A stretch of DNA of 58,353 nt, from contig CAYLWJ010000137.1 of NCBI GenBank assembly GCA_964387355.1, positions 1 to 58,353 of the forward strand, read 5' to 3'. Within the stretch, counting starts at the first letter, position 1, and the number at the start of each line of letters is the position of its first letter. Both the position numbers and the translations under genes were made by a program. Source of the DNA: an uncultured Actinomycetota bacterium. Its GTDB lineage: Bacteria > Actinomycetota > Humimicrobiia > Humimicrobiales > Humimicrobiaceae. The notes beneath the pieces were generated by a model. It worked only from the letters and a program-made list of their open reading frames with translations. It searched no databases and had not been told where the DNA came from. Positions 1-10,218 of the stretch are shown here, in pieces.

Positions 1-17
1 ATGTAATATTATATTAC

Positions 18-875
18 ATGAGTTTTATATCAAAATATAATAAAAAAATAATTTATCCTGCTTTAATTTGGTTTATTGTTTTTTTTATTTTTCCGCTTTT
101 TATAATTTTTATTTATTCTTTTGCAACCAATTACTTATTTAGCAAAGAATTACATTTTACATTAAAAAACTTTTTATTAATATTTCAGAAAAAACATTAT
201 TTGATAATTCTTGGAAGATCAATAAAAATCAGCGTTATCACCACCATTTTTTCAATTTTTTTCTCTTATCCCATAGCTTACTTTTTAGCTAAAAAAACTA
301 AGTTTGACAAAATATTAATAGTAACCTTGATGATTCCATTTTGGATTAATTACCTTATAAGGATTTTTGCATGGAAGCTTTTACTCTCTGAAAATGGTAT
401 CTTAAATCAAATACTATTGTCACTAAACATTATTGATAAACCCTTAAAAGTTCTTTACAGCCAAACAGCAGTAATACTTGGATTGATTTACACATATACC
501 CCAATGATGGTTTTACCACTTTATGCAACAATATCGAAAATTGATAATACTCTAATTGAAGCTGCCAGAGACTTAGGCGCTTCTAGGGTAAGAGCTTTTT
601 TTGATATAACTTTTAAGCTAAGCCTAACAGGAATTTTTGCAGGGACATTACTCGTTTTTATACCAGCACTTGGCTCATTTGCAATACCCGCTATATTAGG
701 CGGAACAGATTCTGTTATGATTGGGAACATCATTGAAAATCAATTTTTACATGTTGGAAATTGGAATTTTGGCTCTGCATTTACACTTGCTCTTGCCGGC
801 TTATCAATAGCACTAATTTTATTTTATTCAAAACTTTTTGGGTTGGAATCTATTTATAAAAATAGGGAGTTTTAA
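18..875 (+). CDS. potB: Spermidine/putrescine-type ABC transporter permease (PotB-like)
   Basis: Multi-TM protein with IPFWINYLIRIFAW and the EAA loop LIEAARDLGAS; first gene of a four-gene ABC cluster. Confidence 0.88.
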   Translation: MSFISKYNKKIIYPALIWFIVFFIFPLFIIFIYSFATNYLFSKELHFTLKNFLLIFQKKHYLIILGRSIKISVITTIFSIFFSYPIAYFLAKKTKFDKILIVTLMIPFWINYLIRIFAWKLLLSENGILNQILLSLNIIDKPLKVLYSQTAVILGLIYTYTPMMVLPLYATISKIDNTLIEAARDLGASRVRAFFDITFKLSLTGIFAGTLLVFIPALGSFAIPAILGGTDSVMIGNIIENQFLHVGNWNFGSAFTLALAGLSIALILFYSKLFGLESIYKNREF

Positions 876-898
876 AAGTAATAAAAAAAAATAATATA

Positions 899-1720
899 AT
901 GCAAAATAGGAAAAACATATTTTTGACAATTTATACAATTATTTTTTACATTTACATTTTTGCACCAATATTTTTAATTTTTATTTTTGCATGGAATAAA
1001 GCTGAGGGCTATAATTTTCCATTACAAGGTTTTACGTGGGAGTGGTTTACAAAATTCTTTCAAGATATGAATGCCTTAAAGGCAATAAAAAACAGTATAA
1101 TTATAGCTTTAACATCAGCCACTATCTCAACTTTACTAGGTGCCTCACTTACTATTGGTATAATAAAGTCAGTTAAAAGACATAAAACTTTTTTACTTAC
1201 ACTCCTTTTACTTCCTGTTCTTATGCCAAGCTTAACTATCGGTATATCTTCGCTTGTTTTTTTTAGAACTTTAAATATTCCACTTGGAATTCCAGTTGTA
1301 ATTATCTCTCATGTCTCGATAAGCATAAGCTATGTATTTTTAATAATGATGGGTAGGATTGAAGGAATTGATCTTGAAATTCAAGAAGCAGCTCTTGACC
1401 TTGGCGCAAACTGGTTTGAAAGCCTAAAAGATGTTGTATTTCCTGTAATACTTCCTGCAGTTCTGGCTGGATGGCTATTTTCATTTATGATTAGTTGGAA
1501 TGAATTTATTGTTACATATTTTTTAATAGGACCAGAGTTAACTTTACCTATTTACATCTTTTCTCAACTTAGATTTGGAATTTCACCAAAAGTTAATGTT
1601 ATTTCAGTATTTATTACTTTTTTTACAATATTTATAATTCTATTAATTACAGCTACACAAACAATCTATAAAAAATTAAGAGTGAGGACTATAAATCATT
1701 TTGGCAATATTAATAATTAA
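899..1720 (+). CDS. potC: Spermidine/putrescine-type ABC transporter permease (PotC-like)
   Basis: FPLQGFTWEWF, EAALDLGA, SWNEF and TLPIYIFSQLRFG motifs. Confidence 0.88.
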   Translation: MQNRKNIFLTIYTIIFYIYIFAPIFLIFIFAWNKAEGYNFPLQGFTWEWFTKFFQDMNALKAIKNSIIIALTSATISTLLGASLTIGIIKSVKRHKTFLLTLLLLPVLMPSLTIGISSLVFFRTLNIPLGIPVVIISHVSISISYVFLIMMGRIEGIDLEIQEAALDLGANWFESLKDVVFPVILPAVLAGWLFSFMISWNEFIVTYFLIGPELTLPIYIFSQLRFGISPKVNVISVFITFFTIFIILLITATQTIYKKLRVRTINHFGNINN

Positions 1721-1820
1721 TAAAAATATAGACAAATAAAAAAATTTAGTTTAGAGTAATTTGAACTTTTAATATAATATAATAAAATTACTATATATTA
1801 ATCTTTTTATATTATATAGA

Positions 1821-2957
1821 ATGGAGGAAAAATTGAATAAAAAAAATAAATTTACAGAATTCTTTAAACTTTTTAGAGTGTTTATAACAATACTGGCTCT
1901 TGCTTTAATTTTTGCTTTAGTAATTCCATTAATTTCAGGATGTAAGCAGGAAATACCTAAAGAACTTAATGTTTATGTTTGGGAAGGCTACCTTCCTGAC
2001 AGTGCAGTAAAACTATTCGAGCAAGAAACTTCTATAAAACTTAACATTACTTTTGCTACAGACAATGCAGTAATGCTCACACTTTTAAAAGGTGGCGGAA
2101 CTGCAGATATTATAATGCCAACACAAAATCAGGTTAATAGATTTTATGAATCAGACCTTGCCCAACCGCTTGATTTAAAGAAAATAACAAATTATTCAAA
2201 AGTATCTTCTGCATTAAGAAATCAGCCTTGGGCTAAGTGGGATGGTAGTAAAATGGGTAGTGGGGATATTTATGTCATCCCTTATGTTTTCGGAACAAGT
2301 GGCCTTGTAATTAATACTGAAAAATACACTAAACCTTTAAATGATATTGGCTGGGAAGTTTTATTTGATCCTGAATTAAAAGGCAGAGTTTCTTCAAAAA
2401 ATGCTCCTGAATCTTTAATGCTCACTTTAGATTTGTTAGGTATACCCAGAGAAAACTTAATTACCGATACACAAAATACCTTAGAAAAAGCTAGACCAAA
2501 AGTAATTGAACTTAAAAACAATGTTTTAAAATTCTGGGATAGTGGAGCAGAAATACTTGACTTGTTAAAGAATGAAGAAGTTTGGGTAAGCCATATATGG
2601 GATGGTGGTGGAAGAAAAATGATGCAGTTTAACCCAAAATTTAAATATGTTTTACCAAAAACAGGCGGTTTAGGCTGGACTGATACTTTTATGATTCCGA
2701 AGTCTGCAAAAAATCCCGTTGGTGCTAATTTATTTATTAATTTTATGCTAAGACCAGATATTGCTGCAATGATTACAGCCGAATCAGGTTATACTACAAC
2801 TGTTGAAGGCTCTTTGGATTTAGCCAGCGGTATCGATAAAGATCTTTATACATTTTCCCAAGAAGACCTAGAAAAACTCATATGGCAACCTAATTTTTCA
2901 GAAGATATTATAGAGGCTTATACAAGTTTTTGGGAAGAAATTTCAACTGTAAAATAG
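1821..2957 (+). CDS. potD: ABC substrate-binding lipoprotein (PotD/PotF family)
   Basis: Lipobox LISGC; LNVYVWEGYLP, IPYVFGT, WTDTFMIPK and FINFMLRPD motifs; the actual substrate is not proven. Confidence 0.85.
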   Translation: MEEKLNKKNKFTEFFKLFRVFITILALALIFALVIPLISGCKQEIPKELNVYVWEGYLPDSAVKLFEQETSIKLNITFATDNAVMLTLLKGGGTADIIMPTQNQVNRFYESDLAQPLDLKKITNYSKVSSALRNQPWAKWDGSKMGSGDIYVIPYVFGTSGLVINTEKYTKPLNDIGWEVLFDPELKGRVSSKNAPESLMLTLDLLGIPRENLITDTQNTLEKARPKVIELKNNVLKFWDSGAEILDLLKNEEVWVSHIWDGGGRKMMQFNPKFKYVLPKTGGLGWTDTFMIPKSAKNPVGANLFINFMLRPDIAAMITAESGYTTTVEGSLDLASGIDKDLYTFSQEDLEKLIWQPNFSEDIIEAYTSFWEEISTVK

Positions 2958-3191
2958 CAGCAAGCTATTCAAATGTAATATCAATAGTATTAAATTATTT
3001 AAATGTGAATTACTAAATTTAATATACTTTAATTGGCACCAATGTAATAGGGTTAATATCAATATAATATATTTCAAATAACATATGTTATCTTTGTAAT
3101 GTTTTATTCTTATTACTGAATATTCTAGTTGTGTTTTATTTATTAGTAAAAAAATTTCAGTATAAATATAAGTTTTTATTTATAAAAATAC

Positions 3192-4421
3192 ATGAAATAT
3201 ATAGTTGAAGTTTTAAACCTTACAAAAAAGTATGGAAATGTAACTGCTGTAAATAATATATCGTTTAAAGTAAAAGAAGGAGAGTTTTTTTCAATTCTTG
3301 GACCATCAGGGTGTGGAAAGACCACAATTTTAAGAATTATTGGTGGTTTTACAGATCAAGATAGCGGTTCTGTAATAATTGATGGAATTGAAATGAAAAA
3401 TGTTGCTCCAAACAAGCGAAATACAAGCATGGTTTTTCAAAATTTAGCATTGTTTCCACATATGAATGTTGAAGATAACATAATATATGGATTAAAAAAG
3501 AAAAGAATCCCTTCGGATATTATTAAATACCGTTTAGACAATATTTTATCAGTCGTAAATTTAAAAGGACTTGAAAAAAGAAATATAAATCAGCTCTCTG
3601 GTGGTCAGCAGCAAAGAGTGGCACTTGCCCGCTCATTAATAATAGAGCCTAAAATACTTTTGCTTGATGAGCCTCTTGCTTCTCTTGATAAAAAACTAAG
3701 AGTTTCAATGAGAGCGGAATTAAAAGAAATACAGAAAAAAACAGGGACAACTTTTTTATATGTTACACATGACCAAACTGAAGCACTTACTATGTCTGAT
3801 AATATTGCTGTAATGAATGCAGGAAATATAATTCAGGTTGGTAGCCCTGAACAGATTTACAATAAGCCTAAAAATATATTTGTTGCAGATTTTATTGGAG
3901 CAGGAAACTTCATCTCCGTAAAAAAAATGGAGAAAACAATAAATGAGAAAATAGGATATAAAAATATATCAGTTTTAACTAATCAAGGTGCAAAAATAAT
4001 TATTAATCAAGACCTCAATAATATTTTTCCAAGTAAAGAAATATATTTTTTCATTAGACCTGAAAAAATAAAAATTAGCTTTTATATACCTAACCAGCAA
4101 ATGAACAACAACATTAAAGATAAATCAAACAATTTGCAATATAATAACAATTATCATATTAATTATAATAATCAATATAATCCCATAAATCATCCCCTAT
4201 ATAATGACAAATACAACCCCCAATATAATGTATTTTCTGGCAAAATAATATCAAAAACATTTGAAGGACCTGATACAAGAATTAAAATAAATATTGATAA
4301 TTTAGGAATATTAACCGCAGAAATAAAAAATAGCGAATTAGACAATAAACTTACAGAAGGAAATAAAATTTATGCTTATTGGAGTATAAATGATGGAATA
4401 CTACTGTCTTCCGATATATAG
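3192..4421 (+). CDS. potA: ABC ATP-binding subunit (PotA-like) with Asn-rich insert
   Basis: Walker A GPSGCGKT, signature LSGGQQQ, Walker B LLLDEP, THDQ; TOBE-like C-terminus. Confidence 0.9.
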   Translation: MKYIVEVLNLTKKYGNVTAVNNISFKVKEGEFFSILGPSGCGKTTILRIIGGFTDQDSGSVIIDGIEMKNVAPNKRNTSMVFQNLALFPHMNVEDNIIYGLKKKRIPSDIIKYRLDNILSVVNLKGLEKRNINQLSGGQQQRVALARSLIIEPKILLLDEPLASLDKKLRVSMRAELKEIQKKTGTTFLYVTHDQTEALTMSDNIAVMNAGNIIQVGSPEQIYNKPKNIFVADFIGAGNFISVKKMEKTINEKIGYKNISVLTNQGAKIIINQDLNNIFPSKEIYFFIRPEKIKISFYIPNQQMNNNIKDKSNNLQYNNNYHINYNNQYNPINHPLYNDKYNPQYNVFSGKIISKTFEGPDTRIKINIDNLGILTAEIKNSELDNKLTEGNKIYAYWSINDGILLSSDI

Positions 4422-5039
4422 TAACGAAATACCTATTAATATAAAAACAATATTTAAAAAAGCTAAATATATAAAAATTATGTATAATATAAATTTCAAG
4501 TCTATATTTGCAAAAAAAACAATAGATTCATTAAATGAAGAATAAGCGCTACTAATATTTTTAGAGATATCTTCTAAATCTTTAGAAACCTTATTAATAT
4601 CTTCAATATTTTGACCTACTGACTGTGCCATTTGAAGCAGATTTTGTGAAAGTTTTTTCATATCAGTTGATATGGTTTTAAAATAATTTGAAACTCCTGC
4701 AAGAGGTTTTATGCCAAGTATTTCAAATTCAATGGTTTTTGCTATTTCATTTAACGCTTGTGAAGAGTTATTCATCATCTTTGATGCTTCAAACAGAGAG
4801 CTTTGAGCATCTTTTACAGTAATAGAAAAATTATTTAAAGCAAGTGAAGTATCGTCTAACAATAGATTAACAGATTCTATATTGTTATTAATAATATTAA
4901 TAATATTACCGTATTCTGGGCTTTCTTGGCTTATTTTTTCTATGTAATAAAATCCCGCTATACATGGAATAAAGCCACAAACACCAAAAAAAATAATTAT
5001 TATCGAAAAAATTTTAAGCAATTTAACTTTTATGTGCAT
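4401..5039 (-). CDS. Hypothetical membrane protein (two terminal TM segments flanking a coiled-coil)
   Basis: 212 aa ORF with hydrophobic ends and a heptad-like middle; 3' end overlaps potA by 21 nt. Confidence 0.7.
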   Translation of the reverse strand: MHIKVKLLKIFSIIIIFFGVCGFIPCIAGFYYIEKISQESPEYGNIINIINNNIESVNLLLDDTSLALNNFSITVKDAQSSLFEASKMMNNSSQALNEIAKTIEFEILGIKPLAGVSNYFKTISTDMKKLSQNLLQMAQSVGQNIEDINKVSKDLEDISKNISSAYSSFNESIVFFANIDLKFILYIIFIYLAFLNIVFILIGISLLYIGRQ

Positions 5040-5156
5040 TTATGTTATATCCTTTAATAAATATTTAAATTATAAACTTACTAAATACCTAAATATAAAA
5101 TTAATTAAAAAATTAAACATAACTAAAAAATGTTAAGCTAAATTATAATCAAAATA

Positions 5157-6785
5157 CTAAGAAAGATTAAATACTTTATCTTTATTAAATGCACTTAACA
5201 CCTTTTTTAAAAGCTGTATTTTTATTTTTGTAAAACCTTCAAACTTGCCTGCATAAGCATCTTCATATTTTCCAAGGTCATAACAAGTTTTATTATCTAT
5301 ATTTATTAAAATTCCAGGCAATCCAATTCTTTCAAAATCCTCAACGTGTTTGATATAAAATGCTTCACAGCACGCACCGCCAAAAAAATTTACTCCACTT
5401 TTTTTTAAATTAATTAAAGTTTCTTCAAGATGCTCATAGCTTGTAATTGTGATACTTTTAATATTATATAAATTTAAAAGTTTTATAGCATCACCTATGC
5501 TGCATTTTCCACAAAAACTGCAGCCTTGCTTACTTCTATAACTGCAATCTGGAAGCTTCGCACAATAGGGCAATAAAAAAACTTCGATATTTTTCATACA
5601 ACCAGTATTTTCAACACTGCTCTTTTTATCTTTAATTATTTTGTCTTTAATTATAAAAATGTCTTTTAAGTATTTATTTGGGATTTTGTATTGCCTTAGT
5701 TTTAATTTTTCCAAGCATTCCATTATTGAATTTAAAATAATCTCATAAGAAATCCCTTCAATTTTTTGAGGATAATTTATAAAAAACTCTTTTGTGATTT
5801 TAATAATATTTTCTTCTTTTAATGGTATATTTTTTAACAAAGACTCCAAGTCAAATATTGATCTTTTTGGATAAGCAAAAAAATCACCTGTAAATATAAT
5901 ATTTTTTAATACATTCCTTTTAAAATTTACTAAAGCATTGCATTTAATAAATCCTGTTGGTGTTTTTTTTATGGATTTAATTGTATAAACGCTAGAAGGA
6001 CTTTTAATTTTATAAATATGACTGGCGCTTCTAAAATAATTTACTTTTTTATTTAGCCTTTCTTTTTCAATTGATGACAGCTCATCAAAATAATAATCTA
6101 TTTTTAAATTTTCACAAAAGCCAGCTAAAATATTATTAATTATCTTTTCTCTTTCAGGACAATGTCCAAGTTCTCTTGCAAGCCATGTAATTCTTTCTTT
6201 TAATGAACTTATTTCCTTATATTTTAATTTCTCAATTGGGATTTTTAGTGCCCTAAGCATTATATCTATATTTATATCTACTAAAAGAGTACCCTGAAAC
6301 ATAAAAGCATTTTTTATTGAAGTTCCACCTGAACCGGAAATTTTTTTACCATTTACTTCAATATCATTTCTTGGTCTAAAATTAGCATTAAGGTCAAATT
6401 TTTGTAGCCCTAATGCCACAGAAGAACAAAAAAGCTTATAATAATCTTCAACCCCAAAAACAAATTTTGAAAAGCTATCCTTACGTGCAAATATTTCCCA
6501 TCCAATATCTTTTGTTCCCCAGTAAAGAGCGCCTCCACCTGTAATTCTTCTATTAATATCAATTCCATTTTTAATGCAGTATGAAATTCTTATCTCATTT
6601 TCAATTGTTTGAAAATAACCTGACAGTACACAGTGGGGATTAAAACTTAAAAATCTTATAGTATCTGGAATTAAGTTTTCTTCCCTTAACTCAAGCAATG
6701 CTTCATCAAGAGCCATGTTTTCTGCAGCAGTTAGCTTGCCTGTATCAATTACTCTTATTTTTTTAGCACTTAACAAATTTTCCAT
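5157..6785 (-). CDS. Lipoate-protein ligase (LplA catalytic plus C-terminal domain) fused to a Cys-rich DUF116-like domain
   Basis: ENMALDEALL, RRITGGGA, NDIEVNGKKISGSG, GTLL and GDFF motifs; C-terminal LPYC..C..CxxCxxC..ACC..TC. Confidence 0.85.
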   Translation of the reverse strand: MENLLSAKKIRVIDTGKLTAAENMALDEALLELREENLIPDTIRFLSFNPHCVLSGYFQTIENEIRISYCIKNGIDINRRITGGGALYWGTKDIGWEIFARKDSFSKFVFGVEDYYKLFCSSVALGLQKFDLNANFRPRNDIEVNGKKISGSGGTSIKNAFMFQGTLLVDINIDIMLRALKIPIEKLKYKEISSLKERITWLARELGHCPEREKIINNILAGFCENLKIDYYFDELSSIEKERLNKKVNYFRSASHIYKIKSPSSVYTIKSIKKTPTGFIKCNALVNFKRNVLKNIIFTGDFFAYPKRSIFDLESLLKNIPLKEENIIKITKEFFINYPQKIEGISYEIILNSIMECLEKLKLRQYKIPNKYLKDIFIIKDKIIKDKKSSVENTGCMKNIEVFLLPYCAKLPDCSYRSKQGCSFCGKCSIGDAIKLLNLYNIKSITITSYEHLEETLINLKKSGVNFFGGACCEAFYIKHVEDFERIGLPGILINIDNKTCYDLGKYEDAYAGKFEGFTKIKIQLLKKVLSAFNKDKVFNLS

Positions 6786-7014
6786 TTATTTAAAATTAAA
6801 AATTCCATTTATTTATTTATTTAAAATTAAAAATGTTTTAACATATATGCTCTAGAAAATAAAAAAAATTATTTTTAACATTTTCAAAATTTTTAACATT
6901 ATTAACATTATTAAATAAAATTAACATTATTAAAGTTATTATAAATTTCATTATAAATATTATAAAAAATATTTTTTATTATACCTTAGATTAATTTAAT
7001 TAAAAAACGCAAAT

Positions 7015-8208
7015 ATGAAAGATATAAATTTAAATAGCCTAGAATTAAATAGTCCTGAATATATTCAAACAAGTTTAGCAGCGGCAATATCATTAGGACT
7101 TGAGGCAGGAAGTTTTAAAGAACCCGTTACTCTTACAGGCTTAAATTTGCTTCTTACTTATAAAGAGGGCTGTATTGGAAAATGTGCTTACTGCGGTATT
7201 TCAGCTTTTAACCAAATAAAAGCTTTTAACCAAATAAAGGAAAAATATGCTTTAAACCAAGACTATAAATTTAAAACAGAAAAAAATGGCAGCTCAAACT
7301 ACCAATTAAAAGTCAAAACATGTAAATTAGATATAGTAAAATTATCAAATCATAACAATAGAAAAACATTTATAAGAGTTAAATGGCCTGTTTACAAACT
7401 TGAAAATGTCTTATCAAGCCTTAAAAAAAATGAGCATAAATTTAAAAGAATATGCATTTCAATGATAACCCATAGAAATGCAATAAAAGATACTATTTTT
7501 ATAACCAAAGCATTAAAACAAATTACAAATTTACCTATAAGTTTACTTATAACACCTTCCCTTATTAACTCTACCAAACCATTAGAGCAATTTAAAGAAG
7601 CTGGAGCTGAAATGATTGGTGTTGCAATTGATGCGGCAACAGAAAAACTATTTGATAAATACAGAGGAAAAGGTGTTGGTGGTCCACACAAATGGGAAAA
7701 ATATTGGACAGTTTTAAGCTGGGCAATAAAAGTTTTTGGTAAATACAAAGCAGGAATTCACTTAATAATAGGTCTTGGCGAAACTCAAAAGGAAGCTGTT
7801 GATACAATTCATAAAGCACATATGCTTGGAGCAAAAACACATTTATTTTCATTTTACCCTGAAGAATTAACTAAACTAAAAGATAAAAATCCGCCAGATT
7901 TACTTTCATACAGAAAGATTCAAATTGCAAGATTTTTAATAAATGAAGAAAATTTACCTCTTCAAAAAATACATTTTGATAATGCAGGCAATATTATTTA
8001 TTTTGATTATGATTTAGAAAAACTTATAAATGATGGTTTTGCTTTTATGACTTCTGGATGTCCTTGCCCTGCAGACAGCAGAATTTCTGCTTGCAATAGG
8101 CCTTTTGCCAATGAAAGACCTTCTGAAGTTTTTAGGAACTATCCTTATATTCCCTTGCAAAATGATAAAGATTTAATTAAAGAGCAAATTAAATGTCTAA
8201 TAAAATAA
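7015..8208 (+). CDS. Radical SAM protein, LipS2-type lipoyl synthase component
   Basis: CxxxCxxC (CIGKCAYC); C-terminal TSGCP...CNRP resembles the LipS2 TxGCPxC(N/D)RP motif; next to a lipoate ligase. Confidence 0.75.
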   Translation: MKDINLNSLELNSPEYIQTSLAAAISLGLEAGSFKEPVTLTGLNLLLTYKEGCIGKCAYCGISAFNQIKAFNQIKEKYALNQDYKFKTEKNGSSNYQLKVKTCKLDIVKLSNHNNRKTFIRVKWPVYKLENVLSSLKKNEHKFKRICISMITHRNAIKDTIFITKALKQITNLPISLLITPSLINSTKPLEQFKEAGAEMIGVAIDAATEKLFDKYRGKGVGGPHKWEKYWTVLSWAIKVFGKYKAGIHLIIGLGETQKEAVDTIHKAHMLGAKTHLFSFYPEELTKLKDKNPPDLLSYRKIQIARFLINEENLPLQKIHFDNAGNIIYFDYDLEKLINDGFAFMTSGCPCPADSRISACNRPFANERPSEVFRNYPYIPLQNDKDLIKEQIKCLIK

Positions 8209-9164
8209 TTTTTGCAGTACCTGGCTCAAAAGTATTTATAAGCAATTATTATAAAAATAAGCCTAACAGTTTTTTAAATATTAGTGTTACAGGCAGTAAT
8301 TGCAGCCTTTTATGCAAGCACTGCAGAGGACTCCTTTTAAAAGATATGATTGATTTAAATGTTTTTTCTGAAACAAATCTATTTTTGAACAATCTAAATT
8401 TTAACAGTTCAAATGACATAAATTATGCATACACCTCACTTTATTTAAACAACATTGAAGGCATTTTATTTAGCGGCGGGTTTAATAAAGAAGGCCAACT
8501 GCCATTAAGCGATGAAATTATTCAAAAAATTCTTAGAATTATAAGTTATACAAAAGCCAACTTTAATAAAAACGCTAAATTTTATATGCATTTAGGTTTC
8601 GTAAATAAAGAACAAGTACAAAAATTAAGTAGCCTTAAGCTTGATGGGGTTTTTGTAAATATAATTTTAGACAAATATGTTATAAAAAATATTTATAATT
8701 TAGAAAACAAAAAGCCACAAGATTTTTTAGAAAATATTAAAATTTTAAAAGCTTCAGAATTAAAAGTTAGCCCACACATAATAATTGGTTTAAAACAAGG
8801 TGATATAATTAAAGAATTTGAAGAAGTTAAAAGACTTTCTAAACTTGAAATTGACTCGCTTGTTTTTGCTGTTGCTAAAAATTTATACAAAAATCACAAT
8901 TTTATTTCTGATAAAAACTTGAGTTTATTAAACGTAAAAAAAATTATTAGGCTTTATGATATTGCAAGGTCTTATTTGCCTAAAATACCTATAGCGTTAG
9001 GTTGTGCAAAACCGTCTGGATTGTTTTCAGAAAATCTTGAAATTGAACTTTTAAAAAGAGGAATTGATGTCATTTCTTTTCCCTCTGATAAAACTATAAA
9101 ATATGCTATTGATAATAATTACGAGCTTAAATTTAAAGAACTTTGCTGCGCTTTTTTAAATTAA
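8193..9164 (+). CDS. Radical SAM protein, LipS1-type lipoyl synthase component
   Basis: SVTGSNCSLLCKHC; LGCAKP (GC(M/A)R-like) and a terminal CC motif; overlaps the upstream gene. Confidence 0.72.
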   Translation: MSNKIIFAVPGSKVFISNYYKNKPNSFLNISVTGSNCSLLCKHCRGLLLKDMIDLNVFSETNLFLNNLNFNSSNDINYAYTSLYLNNIEGILFSGGFNKEGQLPLSDEIIQKILRIISYTKANFNKNAKFYMHLGFVNKEQVQKLSSLKLDGVFVNIILDKYVIKNIYNLENKKPQDFLENIKILKASELKVSPHIIIGLKQGDIIKEFEEVKRLSKLEIDSLVFAVAKNLYKNHNFISDKNLSLLNVKKIIRLYDIARSYLPKIPIALGCAKPSGLFSENLEIELLKRGIDVISFPSDKTIKYAIDNNYELKFKELCCAFLN

Positions 9165-9249
9165 AAATAAAATTCCATAATACTGTTATGTTTTCTTAAC
9201 TAACTTACTGTTATCTTAACTAACTTACTATAGCTTTCTTGATTTTATT

Positions 9250-10218
9250 CTATTCAATATGTATATCTGATACTGATAAAATTTTGCTAAAAACATAATT
9301 CATCGAATAATTTAAAAGCATATCTAACAAATTATATCGACTTTTTGAAATAATATTTGGTTCTCCTGATATACCGCCAAGTTGAGCAGCAATTTTTTCA
9401 GCATCCTTATATGTGCCAATCTCATCAATTAGTCCAAGCTCTTTTGCTTCACTGCCAAGATAAACCCAACCTGTTGCTATTTCTCTAACCTTTTCTTCAC
9501 TTAAATTCCTGCTTGAGGCCACATCAGCTATAAACTGGTTATAAATTTTATAAGTCTGTTTCTTAAACAATTCTTCCTCTTCTGCTGTTAAGGGTCTGTC
9601 AGAACTCCCTACATCTTTATATTTTCCATGTTTTATAGTTGTATATTTAATACCAAGCTTTTTATATAGTTCTTCCAAGTTTGGAATCTGCATAATAACA
9701 CCAATGCTTCCAACTGACGATGTTTTATTTGCAATAATCTTATCAGCAGCACATGAAATATAATAAGCACCTGAAGCGCATATATCACCAACAGATACTA
9801 CAACAGGTTTTTTTACTTTTTTAAGCTCTTCAAAAATTTCCTGTGAAGCTGCCGCACTACCTCCGCCACTGTTTACTCTAATTAAAATTGCTTTAACAGA
9901 GGGATTTTTTTCTGCTTCTTTAAATTGTTCGATCATATATTCTGGGGTTACAACAGCAGAACTAAAAATACCTGCACTAGAAGTCCCAGAAATAACTCCT
10001 TCTATTTTTATAAGATATATAGAATCTTTACCTGGAGTAAGTGAAGGTGCAGTTTTAAAAATATTACTTGCTGCGCCGCTAAAAAACCCAAAAAGAAAAC
10101 AGCCTCCGCTAAGAATAAAAAAAATAAATAAGCCTAAAAATACAAATCCTACAATTTTACCTGCACTGATTTTTCTTTGACCGCTATTCTGTTTATTAAT
10201 TTTTAAATTATCATCCAT
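9250..10218 (-). CDS. sppA: Signal peptide peptidase SppA (peptidase S49, short type)
   Basis: NSGGGS, CASGAYY, GSIGV, GKYKD and LGLIDEIG motifs; N-terminal TM. Confidence 0.92.
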   Translation of the reverse strand: MDDNLKINKQNSGQRKISAGKIVGFVFLGLFIFFILSGGCFLFGFFSGAASNIFKTAPSLTPGKDSIYLIKIEGVISGTSSAGIFSSAVVTPEYMIEQFKEAEKNPSVKAILIRVNSGGGSAAASQEIFEELKKVKKPVVVSVGDICASGAYYISCAADKIIANKTSSVGSIGVIMQIPNLEELYKKLGIKYTTIKHGKYKDVGSSDRPLTAEEEELFKKQTYKIYNQFIADVASSRNLSEEKVREIATGWVYLGSEAKELGLIDEIGTYKDAEKIAAQLGGISGEPNIISKSRYNLLDMLLNYSMNYVFSKILSVSDIHIE

